From: Podarcis liolepis
Lineage: Eukaryota
Assembly: GCA_965112155.1 (NCBI GenBank)
Contig: OZ218099.1
Reading direction: 5' to 3' (one strand)
DNA length: 64,000 nt
Part shown: one piece after another, positions 50,126 through 60,267 of the stretch
How the letters are laid out: each line of letters starts with the position of its first letter
Position numbering within the stretch: position 1 is the stretch's first letter
Notes under the pieces: generated by a model
The model's database searches: none
The model's input: only the letters and a program-made list of their open reading frames with translations
Told to the model about the DNA's origin: nothing
Made by a program: the position numbers and the translations under genes

Positions 50126-53100
50126 GTGTCCACTAAAGCTGAATGCCCTAAGTTGGATGGGCAGAATTATGAACCCTGGGCAAAATGGTGTGAGAGTTTA
50201 CTGCGTCAGTTTGGGGTGTGGCATGTTGTTTATGAAGCCCCCCCAGTTCCTCTGACAGAGAGATGGAAATCAGCTGATTCGAGAGCGATGGACATAATAG
50301 TCCTATCCGTATCTCTTGAGGAAATTAAGACGCTGGCTGGCAACACCACTGCACGTGCAATGTGGAATGCTTTAAAAAAAGCTCATTTGCCAATAATCCC
50401 AGCCCAGAGTTTGACTGCATCGGAGGTCCTAGCTGTTTCCCAGAATGCGTATGAGTGCAGGGATGCTGAGGGCACCGGTTGCAAGCTGCAGGGGGAGCTG
50501 ACCGTCACGTCATCCCAGGCAGCATTCCAGCCTCCAGGGGGAGCCAAGGAGTCGGCAGCTGAGAGCTCTGGTTCTCGTGAGAACCAAGGTCATCGCCTTT
50601 GCAGAGGCCGGAAAAGCAAAGGTAAACAGATGTCTACAGATGGCCAGGAGCAGAGGGAGGGTGAAGAGCCCGCGGCGCCAGGGAAAAACAAAGCATTGTT
50701 TGCTGGCACAGCTTCACCAAAGGCTAAAGGCACGTCTGCTGGCCAGGAGCAGCAGGGGGGCAAGCTGCAAAAGCCCAAACCGCTGCAAAACAAGGGTTTG
50801 CTTGCTGTAAGGACTGCTCCAACAGCCAAAGGCAGGTTTATTGTGGACTCAGGTGCCAGCCGCCACGTTTCCAAGGACAGGCATCTCTTTATCTCCTTCA
50901 AGCCTCAGGAAGGTGAGATCCACCTGGCTGATGGAAGGACGTTGCAAATTGCAGGAGAAGGGACTGTGAAACTTGCAAGTTTGCACACAACCATCAGTGG
51001 TGTACTATATGTTCCAGGCGCTGCAAGCAACTTGTTGAGTGTCCCACAGCTTACTGGGCGTGGTTTTCAGATTTCCTTCAAGAGGAGCGTCTGTGTCATC
51101 AGTAAAGGCAAAGAGGACTATTTGCATGCAAAGTTTATGGATGGTTTGTTCCATATAACTTATGATGACACTGTTGTTGTATCTAATGCTGATTCTTGTT
51201 GTGTTGCACAAACTAACAAAGTTCTTCATGCAGGTTGCATTCATGATGCACATCGAAGATTTTGTCACCTCTCTTGGAAGGCACTGGCCAAGATGCCAGA
51301 GGTGGTTGAGGGTTTGAACATCAAACCTTGTAAATTTCACATGAAATGTGTATCTTGTGCAGAGAACAAGGTGAAGGTTGCTCCAAAAGGCAAGGAGTCT
51401 AGCAGGCAGGCTTCCAAACCCTACCAGCTAGTGCATGCGGACCTGGTTGGTCCACTTGCGCCCTCTATAGGAGGAGCAAGGTACTTCATGATTCTGATTG
51501 ATTCTTTTTCCAGGTACATTCATGTGTATTTGCTCGAACAGAAATCGCAAGCGTTTCCGAAGTTTAAGGAATTCTGTGCTTGGTTGGAGAATGTGCACGG
51601 TAAACGTATTTCTTGTTTTTTTACTGATCGGGGCGGGGAGTTTACTTCTCAGCAGTTTGAAGCTTTCCTGACTGAGAAGGGAATCCAGCATGACATGTCA
51701 ACGCCCAGATCGCCATGGATGAATGGGCTTGCGGAGAGAACAAATCAAACATTGCTGCAAGGAATCAAGACCTTGTTGCATGATGCCAATCTCCCTGATA
51801 AGTTTTGGGGGGAGGCTTTGGGGAATTTTGTTTACAGCTTTAATCGCAGATTGTCATCACCCATTGGTTGTACCCCCTATGAGAAGATGTTTGGCAAGAA
51901 ACCCAACACCAAACACATGAGAATTTTTGGTTCAGACATGTGGGTACGCACACAACAAACCAACAAGCTTGGGAAGCGTGGGGCACATGGTTTGTTCATG
52001 GGGTACGAAAAAGGTGCATACAGGGTATGGATGACTGACTCTAAGTCCATTAAGTTCACAAGGAGTGTTGAGTACAATCCTAAGTGGGGGGAAAATGTGG
52101 GAATTTTCCAGAGTTACCCAGAGGAGGATGAAGGTGATGTCAAGCAAGCAGCTAAAGATGAGAAAGCTGCTGCTGAAGATGATGAGGATGAGGATGAGGA
52201 TGATGAGGATGATGATGATGATCAGAGTTCGGATTCCAGTTCAGTGGGCGGCGCTGCTGCTGCTGCTGGTATCAGTGACAGTGATGACACAGCAGACTAC
52301 AAGAGCGCACAGGCCTCAGTCAGACCATCTGATGCGTCTGACAATGAACTGGAAGAACCACTGTTCACCATTGGTCAATTTTCTCCTAAGAAAGAGGAGA
52401 TGAGTCCAGAAGACTTGCGTCTAGTACGCAGATCTGAAAGGGCGACCAAAGGCAGACCTCCAAAGAGGTATGCTGATGAGTTTGCTAAGACAGCAACTGC
52501 TGTTCTTGGTAGCTCAGAGAAGGTATGGGAACCTTCAAGCTTCAAAGAGGTTCAGGAGTTAACCTCTAAAGATGCTGAGCCTTGGCTTAATGCCATGAAG
52601 GCTGAAGTTGATTCCTTGAACAGGAACCAAACTTGGGAATTGGTACCGGTAGTCCCAGGAATGAGACTGGTTGGCAGCAAATGGGTCTTCAAGGCCAAGA
52701 CAGACCAGAATGGCAAGGTAGTCAGACACAAAGCCAGATTAGTTGCCAGAGGTTTTTCACAGGTACCAGGACAGGATTACCACGAGACCTACTCTCCCAC
52801 AGTCAAATATGAGAGCATTCGGCTGATGCTCAAGATCGCTGCGGAGGAGAAACTGCATGTTTCCCACCACGACATTAATACAGCTTTTTTGTACGGGATT
52901 TTGAATGAACAGCTGTTCATGCTTCCACCTGATGGGATGGAGATACAGAAGGGTATGGTCTGTAAACTGCGGAAATCCTTATATGGTCTTAAGCAGAGTG
53001 CCAGGTGTTGGAACACAAAACTCACTGAGACATTGCTTTCTCTAGGTTTTCACCAGGGCAAAGCTGATCCATGTGTGTTTGTCAAGGAGGAGGGGCAAAA

Positions 53101-54103
53101 CAAACTGTATTGTTTATGTTTTGTTGATGATCTTCTGATGTTTTGGAAGAATCAGGCTTTTTACCAAAGCACCCTAGCTCAACTGAAGGAGCACTTTGAC
53201 ATGAAGGATCTTGGTGAGGTATCCAACTATCTTTCTCTGCAGGTGGAGAAGGACCAAGCAGGTAATTTTCTGGTACACCAAACACAGAAAATTGCTGATG
53301 TATTAACCAGGTTGAATTTGGTTGATGCAAACCCAGCAGACACACCGATGGTGACAGGTTACCAGGTAGACAGTACTGCTGAAGCGTTTTCTGACACAAC
53401 GCTATACAGATGCATTCTAGGCAAGCTGAATTTCATTGCCAGATGTTCAAGACCTGACATAGCTGTAAGCTGTAATCTGCTTAGCAGACATGCCAACAAT
53501 CCTACGGTTCAGGATTGGAAAGCTCTGAAGCGCATAGCCCGCTATTTGAAAGGAACTATGCACTACAGGCTGAGGTTCACCAGTCAGAAGACTGGAGGTC
53601 TTGAAATCTTTGCAGATGCAAGTTTTGGAAGTGACACCACGGATGGTACAAGCACTTCTGGAGTATGCTACATGTACAACCACTGCCTGTTTGACTGGTT
53701 GTGCAAGAAGCAAACAACAGTGAGCCTAAGTTCCTGTGAAGCAGAACTCAATGCTCTGTCATTTTCACTCATGGATTGTGAATGGTTGATGCAACTGTTT
53801 AAGGACATCAGGGTGTCTGTGAAATGTCCTGTACAAGTGTATCAAGACAATAGATCGTGTTTGGCTTTGCTGAACTCCGAGAGTTGCAAGCAGAGAACCA
53901 AGTACTTGCAGATTAAGTTACATCGTGCAAGAGAGTGTATCCAGAAAGGACTGATTCAGGTGTCCTACATGCCAGGAAATGAAATTCCTGCTGATCTGTT
54001 GTCTAAGGTTGTTAACAAAGAACAACTAAAGGTTTATGTACAAAAGTTGCAATTGGGTGAACCACAGGTACTACAGGTTACACGGAAAGGGGGAGGATGT
54101 TAG
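50126..54103 (+). CDS. Copia gag-pol polyprotein (1325 codons, no internal stops)
   Basis: Gag N-terminus KLDGQNYEPW and TARAMWNALKK; protease FIVDSGASRH (Asp codon 50846); integrase HHCC (HRRFCH...CVSC) and DDE (VHADLVGP, TDRGGEF, NGLAER); RT (GSKWVFK, DINTAFL, SLYGLKQS, FVDD at 53120-53131); RNase H (FADASF, CEAEL, QDNRS, ADLLSK). The start is a GTG; the first in-frame ATG is at 50288. The stop TAG lies inside the 3' LTR. Confidence 0.95.
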   Translation: MSTKAECPKLDGQNYEPWAKWCESLLRQFGVWHVVYEAPPVPLTERWKSADSRAMDIIVLSVSLEEIKTLAGNTTARAMWNALKKAHLPIIPAQSLTASEVLAVSQNAYECRDAEGTGCKLQGELTVTSSQAAFQPPGGAKESAAESSGSRENQGHRLCRGRKSKGKQMSTDGQEQREGEEPAAPGKNKALFAGTASPKAKGTSAGQEQQGGKLQKPKPLQNKGLLAVRTAPTAKGRFIVDSGASRHVSKDRHLFISFKPQEGEIHLADGRTLQIAGEGTVKLASLHTTISGVLYVPGAASNLLSVPQLTGRGFQISFKRSVCVISKGKEDYLHAKFMDGLFHITYDDTVVVSNADSCCVAQTNKVLHAGCIHDAHRRFCHLSWKALAKMPEVVEGLNIKPCKFHMKCVSCAENKVKVAPKGKESSRQASKPYQLVHADLVGPLAPSIGGARYFMILIDSFSRYIHVYLLEQKSQAFPKFKEFCAWLENVHGKRISCFFTDRGGEFTSQQFEAFLTEKGIQHDMSTPRSPWMNGLAERTNQTLLQGIKTLLHDANLPDKFWGEALGNFVYSFNRRLSSPIGCTPYEKMFGKKPNTKHMRIFGSDMWVRTQQTNKLGKRGAHGLFMGYEKGAYRVWMTDSKSIKFTRSVEYNPKWGENVGIFQSYPEEDEGDVKQAAKDEKAAAEDDEDEDEDDEDDDDDQSSDSSSVGGAAAAAGISDSDDTADYKSAQASVRPSDASDNELEEPLFTIGQFSPKKEEMSPEDLRLVRRSERATKGRPPKRYADEFAKTATAVLGSSEKVWEPSSFKEVQELTSKDAEPWLNAMKAEVDSLNRNQTWELVPVVPGMRLVGSKWVFKAKTDQNGKVVRHKARLVARGFSQVPGQDYHETYSPTVKYESIRLMLKIAAEEKLHVSHHDINTAFLYGILNEQLFMLPPDGMEIQKGMVCKLRKSLYGLKQSARCWNTKLTETLLSLGFHQGKADPCVFVKEEGQNKLYCLCFVDDLLMFWKNQAFYQSTLAQLKEHFDMKDLGEVSNYLSLQVEKDQAGNFLVHQTQKIADVLTRLNLVDANPADTPMVTGYQVDSTAEAFSDTTLYRCILGKLNFIARCSRPDIAVSCNLLSRHANNPTVQDWKALKRIARYLKGTMHYRLRFTSQKTGGLEIFADASFGSDTTDGTSTSGVCYMYNHCLFDWLCKKQTTVSLSSCEAELNALSFSLMDCEWLMQLFKDIRVSVKCPVQVYQDNRSCLALLNSESCKQRTKYLQIKLHRARECIQKGLIQVSYMPGNEIPADLLSKVVNKEQLKVYVQKLQLGEPQVLQVTRKGGGC
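54084..54097 (+). promoter_or_regulatory. Polypurine tract
   Basis: GGAAAGGGGGAGGA directly abuts the TG of the 3' LTR. Confidence 0.9.
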
Positions 54104-54480
54104 GATATTTCCGTTCCACCTTAACAGGGAGCAGGCTTTGGGAGACACAGAGTCTGCGCATGTCCTGATTCACAGGATGTTTATGTTTCTGCTTGTTGTT
54201 TCCTTTCGTTTTCAGTCGGCTCAGACACGCTGACAGAATGGACGTGTTTTCTTTTGTTCTGTTAAACGCTAAATAAAGTCTGTAAATTATGCTCTTCTGT
54301 GATGCAAGCTTTTGGCTGTATTTCTGCTGAAAGAGGGTGCACCAGCCTAGGAATGTGGCTAGGAATTTCTAAGGCTTTGTGCCCCTAACTGTTGGATCTG
54401 CGTGACTACGGGAGGCCGATGGAATCTCCGAGCTCCGGCTTGGGGGCCATGATGGACGTTATCTCCCTGGCAGTTTCCCA
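54098..54480 (+). repeat. Copia 3' LTR (383 bp, terminal bases missing)
   Basis: Identical to the 5' LTR except T49663/C54292. Similarity stops at ...CAGTTTCCCA, without the final ACA. Confidence 0.95.
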
Positions 54481-54703
54481 GGGAGATATTTGCTTAACAA
54501 CTTGACCATTCTCAGGCTGGCCTTGCGATTTTGACACTGCTAAATTCAGCTAAGCATTGATTAAATTCTAGCACTGACTAAATCCAAGCATCCACAAACT
54601 CTGATACTCTAAAAATTAATAATAATAATAGTAATCATAATAGTAATAAGCAATAGCATCCACCCTTCCATTGCACAGCCCTTCTCTCACACATTTCAGT
54701 TTT

Positions 54704-54906
54704 CAATGTTCATAATTTCTCCAATAACGCCACAGATGGCTTTACAGTGTGTTTATTCCATATAGTTACATTATTTTTACTTTTATATACAACCCTTCGA
54801 TATATTCCCAGGGCTGTATACAAATTGTATACAAATTGTAAAACAATTTAAATGTAAATACAAAATTAATTAATTATTTCTAGAGAGCCACAAAATCATA
54901 AAAGCA

Positions 54907-54942
<36 letters not shown>

Positions 54943-54962
54943 ACCTTTCAGCAGGACTGAAA
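54704..54962 (+). repeat. Copy 2 of flank duplication (right of copia)
   Basis: Same sequence as 49212-49468 but with (GT)16. Confidence 0.95.
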
Positions 54963-56985
54963 TACATTTGGGAGCTCTTTGCCACTGATGAAAATTTTCC
55001 CCAATTCGGTGCACTGAAATCTTCACAAGCTACTGCGATGCAGGAAGAACAACTGAGAGGGCACCAGTGCTTCCCAAAGGACAAGCATAGATACTGCTCA
55101 TTAGTCAAGGCAACTTCGCTATCATTAGAAACACTGCGAGCTCAAAGAAACCCCACAGTATGTTGCTGTACAATCTAAGGTCACCGTACATAAAGAAATG
55201 CCATCCCAAATTGGCACGGTGCTTGAGAGCCTTATAGAAAAGCATATTGACAGTGAAACTGTTCTAATCAGGTAAATTATCACTTTGCACACACAAAAAG
55301 ACAGATTTCCTTAATAACATCACAGCTCTGGGGAAGTTGGAGGAGAGGTCATCAATAAAAGCAATTACACGTTCAATGGGAGCAGCAAAGTATGCTATAG
55401 CACGTTTCTCGATCTTTTTGGTAATTTCAAATGGGTTGTCCTTGTATGAAACAAGCCCATTTTAAAAGTCATGCAACACATCAATACTACCAATAAGCAT
55501 TAGGTTAGATTTCATTTTATGGAACGGCTGTCCTTCTGTTATAGGTCCTAAACCAAAAGGACATCCTGCCATGTCAAACCCTACGCTGTGGTGTCCCATT
55601 TCTGGGGGGACGGGGGACGGGACATGATCTGGCACAGAGTCAGTATAGGGGAACAACTTATCTCTTTCTTTGGATGCTAGGAAAAATGTATCTGCCTTTT
55701 ATGGTGTTGTGCTGGACTTCTGACCCACATTCTTGTAACTCACAGACGTGCTGCAAGGGGGCACTTGCGCCGATCACTCGGAATGGGAATGCAGTCACGG
55801 AATATTATGGGCTATTTCAGTAAAAGTTAATATTTATTTCCGCATCATGGAGTGGGGATGCCATTTTAAGTTTGTTTCTTTATTAAAAATGAGGACCATC
55901 CCATCATATAAAATATCAAGGCGGAATACAATAAATATGAAACGCACAGTAAAACATAAAATGCCATAGATGCAAATTAAAATAATTCTTAATGGTCAGT
56001 CACTTTAAGCCAACTGTCTTCAGTTGGTGGGTTGGGGGCCTGATCCAAAGCAAGATGCAACTGGAGCACCACCACCATGCAAATATGTGGTAAAAAAGAA
56101 AAGAAAAAAAGAAATGGGTCATCAAATGCATGTTTGTGTTAAAAGTGGTCCTGGAACAGGTTTGGGTGGAGCAATTTCATTACATTTATTTAAAGTGTAG
56201 TTAAAATTGACATTGGACATCTACTGGACATTGTGGTGATCACATCTTTTTAGAAGGTTAGTATATTAATTGTATCATCCTGGAAGTAATCGTGGTGCAA
56301 TCTAAAAGCTTCAGACATAGATCTCTCTAGAGCACGCATGAATTGCATTAACAGAAGCAGCAGCAACCCATGAAATTTCCATTGCCCGCCCAGCTGTTGA
56401 AATTCAGTGGGAGATACTGCTGCTGTTTGTGACACGACATCTGATTTAATATTTATATCGCACATTTAATATTTATATAGCACAATGATGTGCTAGATGC
56501 TGTACAGAATACAAAGGCAATGCCAAATGCATAAATTAGGCGTATCACAACCTGATGCTTCTCAGAGGGCTTGCTAGCCATATTGAAGATCTAGCTGCAT
56601 GCAGAAAATCAACGTCCCTGATTTTAACAACTGCAACATGCAATTGTTTCAATATATACCTCTCCAGAAGGGATTAAGCCTGTCAAAATCTGATCCGTTC
56701 AGGAGTATCCAAGCAGAGAATCTTGGAAAGTTTTTTTGTTTTTTTCTAAGGAAAGTCTCTAGCAATTTTTATTTTTTACCAGAATCAATTGCAAATGTGC
56801 CCAGTGGGCACATTTCAGAAAGATGGGTACAGCAGTTCTTCCACGAGGAAGGCCTTTCTGGTTGAGGATGAGATGGTAGAAAATATGTTCCCTCCCCTGA
56901 TTTGATTTTTTGGGGTGATCAGGTTGAAAATTGGGTTATGGCAGAGGTTCCCCGGGTCAAAAACCTGACAAATGTTAGATAAATG

Positions 56986-57121
56986 CAGGCATAGGTTTAC
57001 TCGACCCTTCAGATGTTTTGGGACTACAACTCCCATCATCCCTAGCTAACAGGACCAGTGGTCAGGAATGATGGGAGTTGTAGTCCCAAAACATCTGGAG
57101 GGCTGAGTTTGCCTGTACCTG
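56986..57121. mobile_element. hAT MITE (136 bp)
   Basis: Same family as 48803-48938; perfect 8-bp TSD GATAAATG. Confidence 0.9.
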
Positions 57122-59063
57122 GATAAATGGTTCCAGAGGCTATTGTGCTATGTAATGTTGTCTTTTTTTTTAAAAAAGTTACTTTTTCTCACTACCATTG
57201 CCACTACTCTCTGGAATCACCCTCCATTAAGAAGAGAGAGAGAGAACTACGTTTTTGAATTGTTTAATTAACGGAAGGAATGTTTGGGAAAGAAGAAAGC
57301 CACTCCAACAAGTCTGACTCCACCGCTTGGTGCAGTGCTCTTACTGTCAAAACACCGAGAATGAGCCACAGGTTTCCTTCACCATCCCTCCCTCCAATCC
57401 CTATGATTGAAGGGCCCTCAGAAAACAAGTAACTGTGATTAAAAACTCCTGATTACACCTTGGCAAGTGGGTGCAGTCTTTGACTCTACCGCTCACCAGC
57501 TGATTGGGTGCACCCAGTCACCTGACATCATTGTCATGTCAGGGCACCTGGGCAGCCCACCTTTCAAATTTGGACTGGAGAGCCAAAAAAATAAATAAAT
57601 GTATTTTTGCAAGAGGGAGGCTGTAGAGGGAAGTTTATTGCTTTTTTGGGTGGTGGGTGGTGTACTGCATTGTATTGTGTGGTTCACTTTTTCAGTTTCA
57701 TTCTGTTTTACACAACACATACATGCACATTGCTCTTTTGTAAACCACTTATAGACTGTTTTAGTATTAAGCCATCTTGAATAAAACATGGGAGGGGACA
57801 CAGGTAAGTTTGGCCCCACATAATCCATCACAAGACATGTCACACAGACACCTATCAACTTGGGGGTCTAAAATGTTTCATGGGGGGGGGGGACCTCAGC
57901 CCCTGGGAGTTGGCTTCTATGGTATTAAGAAATACATAAATATATGAAATAAATAAATGTGTTCTCTTAGCAGCCTTACCATTTCTCAGTAGTTTCAACA
58001 AACAAAAGATGAACCTTCTAAACGTGGGTGAAAGCAAGTGTAGCACCGTGATAATGAGTGGACAGTAGCGGATCTCAACAAGAATTCTTTCCTCAGAAGC
58101 AAACGCAAAGAACTGACAGGAGCTTGCTGTGACTTGTTTGGAAAGCTTTTTGAGGACAAAACTGCTTGCATCCACTGGGGTCTTGACTCTGCTGTTATAG
58201 CCGATGAATCTGTGTCTTAGCTGGTCATGTCTACAGGCACACGGAGGCTTCAGTTTATTTGATAGATCACAGAACAGCTAGCATCTAAACTGGTGCTTAC
58301 CCACCTTTGGGGCAGTTTACATCCTCCCTACTCACTTTGTATATTTTCTGTTTCAGCATTAAAATAAAATATGAAAATAACTTCACAGTTTTAATCAAAC
58401 TTGAGATGGAGTTGCTAAGCAGGGAAACAAAAACAACTCCAAAAAGAGAATTCCCACATAAGGGAAGGTAGGAGTCAAACAATAAAAAAGAACTACCATT
58501 GTGATAGAAAGTAATGAAAACAAAGAATGTATGCTTCCAAGCACATGATGACAGAATGTGATTTCTTCAAGACCTAGTTAAGGCGATACCCTGTTGAGAC
58601 TCACTATGCGTTTCCTGGCTTTCATTCTTTCTCATAATGTTAATACGCTTTCAAACAGAGTGTGCTGGGAATAATACTTTGGACGGGGGGGAGGGATGAA
58701 GAAAATTAAATTTAATGACTGGTCTTCAACGGCATCCAAACTGAGAATCCCATTTATTGTATAAACAGCACTGTGGCTTTCCCAGGGGTTTAGCTTCATC
58801 ACAGAGAGGTATTAATTTAAAGCAGAGTTCCCCAAGCTGTGTCATGGTGAGCTTCCATAAGATGAAAAGTGCTCAAGCCTTCCAAATAGGAACTGAAATG
58901 AAGTTTAGTCCATAATGGCTCTCCTTTTCTTCAACACCCCCCCCAAATATTTATTTCTTAGTGATTTATTTCTTAGTGTGGATTCTTGCTGTGCACATAC
59001 ATGCAACGTGCTTCAGTAGTGCATTTCCCCCTGTCATCTATGTGCCCCCTCAACTAACTTTTA

Positions 59064-59422
59064 GGGACGCGGGCGGCACTGTAGTCTAAACCACTGAGCC
59101 TAGGGCTTGCTGATCGGAAGGTCAGCGGTTCGAATCCCCGCAATGGGGTGAGCTCCCGTTGCTCGGTCCCAGCTCCTGCCAACCTAGCAGTTCAAAAGCA
59201 CGTCAAAGTGCAAGTAAATAAATAGGTACTGCTGCAGTGGGAAGGTAAACAGCGTTTCCGTGCGCTGCACTGGTTCGCCAGAAGCGGCTTAGTCATGCTG
59301 GTCACATGACCCGGAAAAACTGTCCGCAGACAAACGTCGGCTCCCTCAGCCAATTTAGCAAGATGAGCACCGCAATCCCAGAGTCGTTCGTGACTGGACT
59401 TAACTGTCAGGGGTCCTTTGCC
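59064..59422 (+). mobile_element. Sauria SINE, full length
   Basis: GGGACGCGGGCGGC...GGTTCGAATCCCC...GTCAGGGGTCCTTT; colinear with the other copies in the window. Confidence 0.9.
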
Positions 59423-60229
59423 ATTTTCTGCATGCTGAAAACAGATCTTTAATGGGTGATAACTGCTCTGAACAGTTGAGCAATTACGTCTAGGGTCTAG
59501 AAACACCAGGAATAAAATTCAACCCTTTCAAGGGACTTTAGGCTATATTTCTGACTTCGTGTCTGGAAAAAAAAGTCAAATTAAAAAAAAAATGGGGGGG
59601 GGGGGAACTACAGTTTAATTAAAGTTTTTGAACTGATTTTTGTCCACAGTGGCATAATACTGCTAAAGATGTTCATTGTTATTGTTATAAGATCAATAAT
59701 TCAAGTCTGGAATGAATGCTGCACAGAATGGGGTATGTTTCATTATAGAAGAAACAATTTGGACCAGAGATGATTTTGTCACAATGTGTTCATTTCAGTT
59801 GTATATGTCAGACAAAACTAGAGCACTTTTGGCAAGGTAGATTAATGTTTCAACACACATGAACCATGTGGATTAATGTTTCAACACATATGGTTTTTCA
59901 TCTTTCAACTGATAATTGGTACTGCCAGGTTACTTGGCTTTTCCATATTTTCAGAATCAGGCAGCCCTTGTAATCTTTTGCTTGTTTCATGTGTACTACA
60001 AAGGTGCAAGCATAGATTGGCTGTATTTGTATGTAGCGATAAACCATGGTAATTATTGGAACAAAGCCTAGAGCCTGTTCAAGTCTTGCACAGATAGCTG
60101 GGTTTTCGCAGGATGTAGAAAGCCCAAAATATCTTTGTGTTGTAGATAGGTAGCCGTGTTGGTCTGCCATAGTCAAAATAAAAAAATTCCTTCCAGTAGC
60201 ACCTTAAAGACCAACTAAGTTAGTTCTTG

Positions 60230-60267
60230 GTATGAGCTTTCGTGTGCATGCACACTTCTTCAGATAC
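60230..60267 (-). ncRNA. Minimal type I hammerhead ribozyme in the Penelope pseudo-LTR
   Basis: Minus strand reads GUAU-CUGAAGA-A-GUGUGCAUGCACAC-GAAA-GCUC-AUAC: core boxes CUGANGA and GAAA, stem II hairpin, palindromic AGCU at stem III, UC cleavage site, stem I GUAU/AUAC. Confidence 0.85.

Larger units (their letters stand above)
49469..54480 (+). mobile_element. Full-length Ty1/copia LTR retrotransposon, very young
   Basis: Two near-identical direct repeats (49469-49854 and 54098-54480) flank one ORF with domain order gag-PR-IN-RT-RNaseH, which is diagnostic of copia. PBS-like and PPT sequences lie at the expected positions. Confidence 0.97.

Noticed and set aside
50577-53713. Short alternative-frame and antisense ORFs overlapping the copia pol
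   Set aside because: They are shadow frames of a long coding sequence with no motifs and unremarkable lengths.
55270-55465. Open minus-strand frame NGLVSYKDNPFEITKKIEKRAIAYF...
   Set aside because: No start or convincing acceptor and no recognised homolog; cannot be supported as coding.
59840-59890. Small direct duplications (also ~56444-56483 and ~58949-58978)
   Set aside because: Ordinary 15-31-bp slippage duplications with no further structure.
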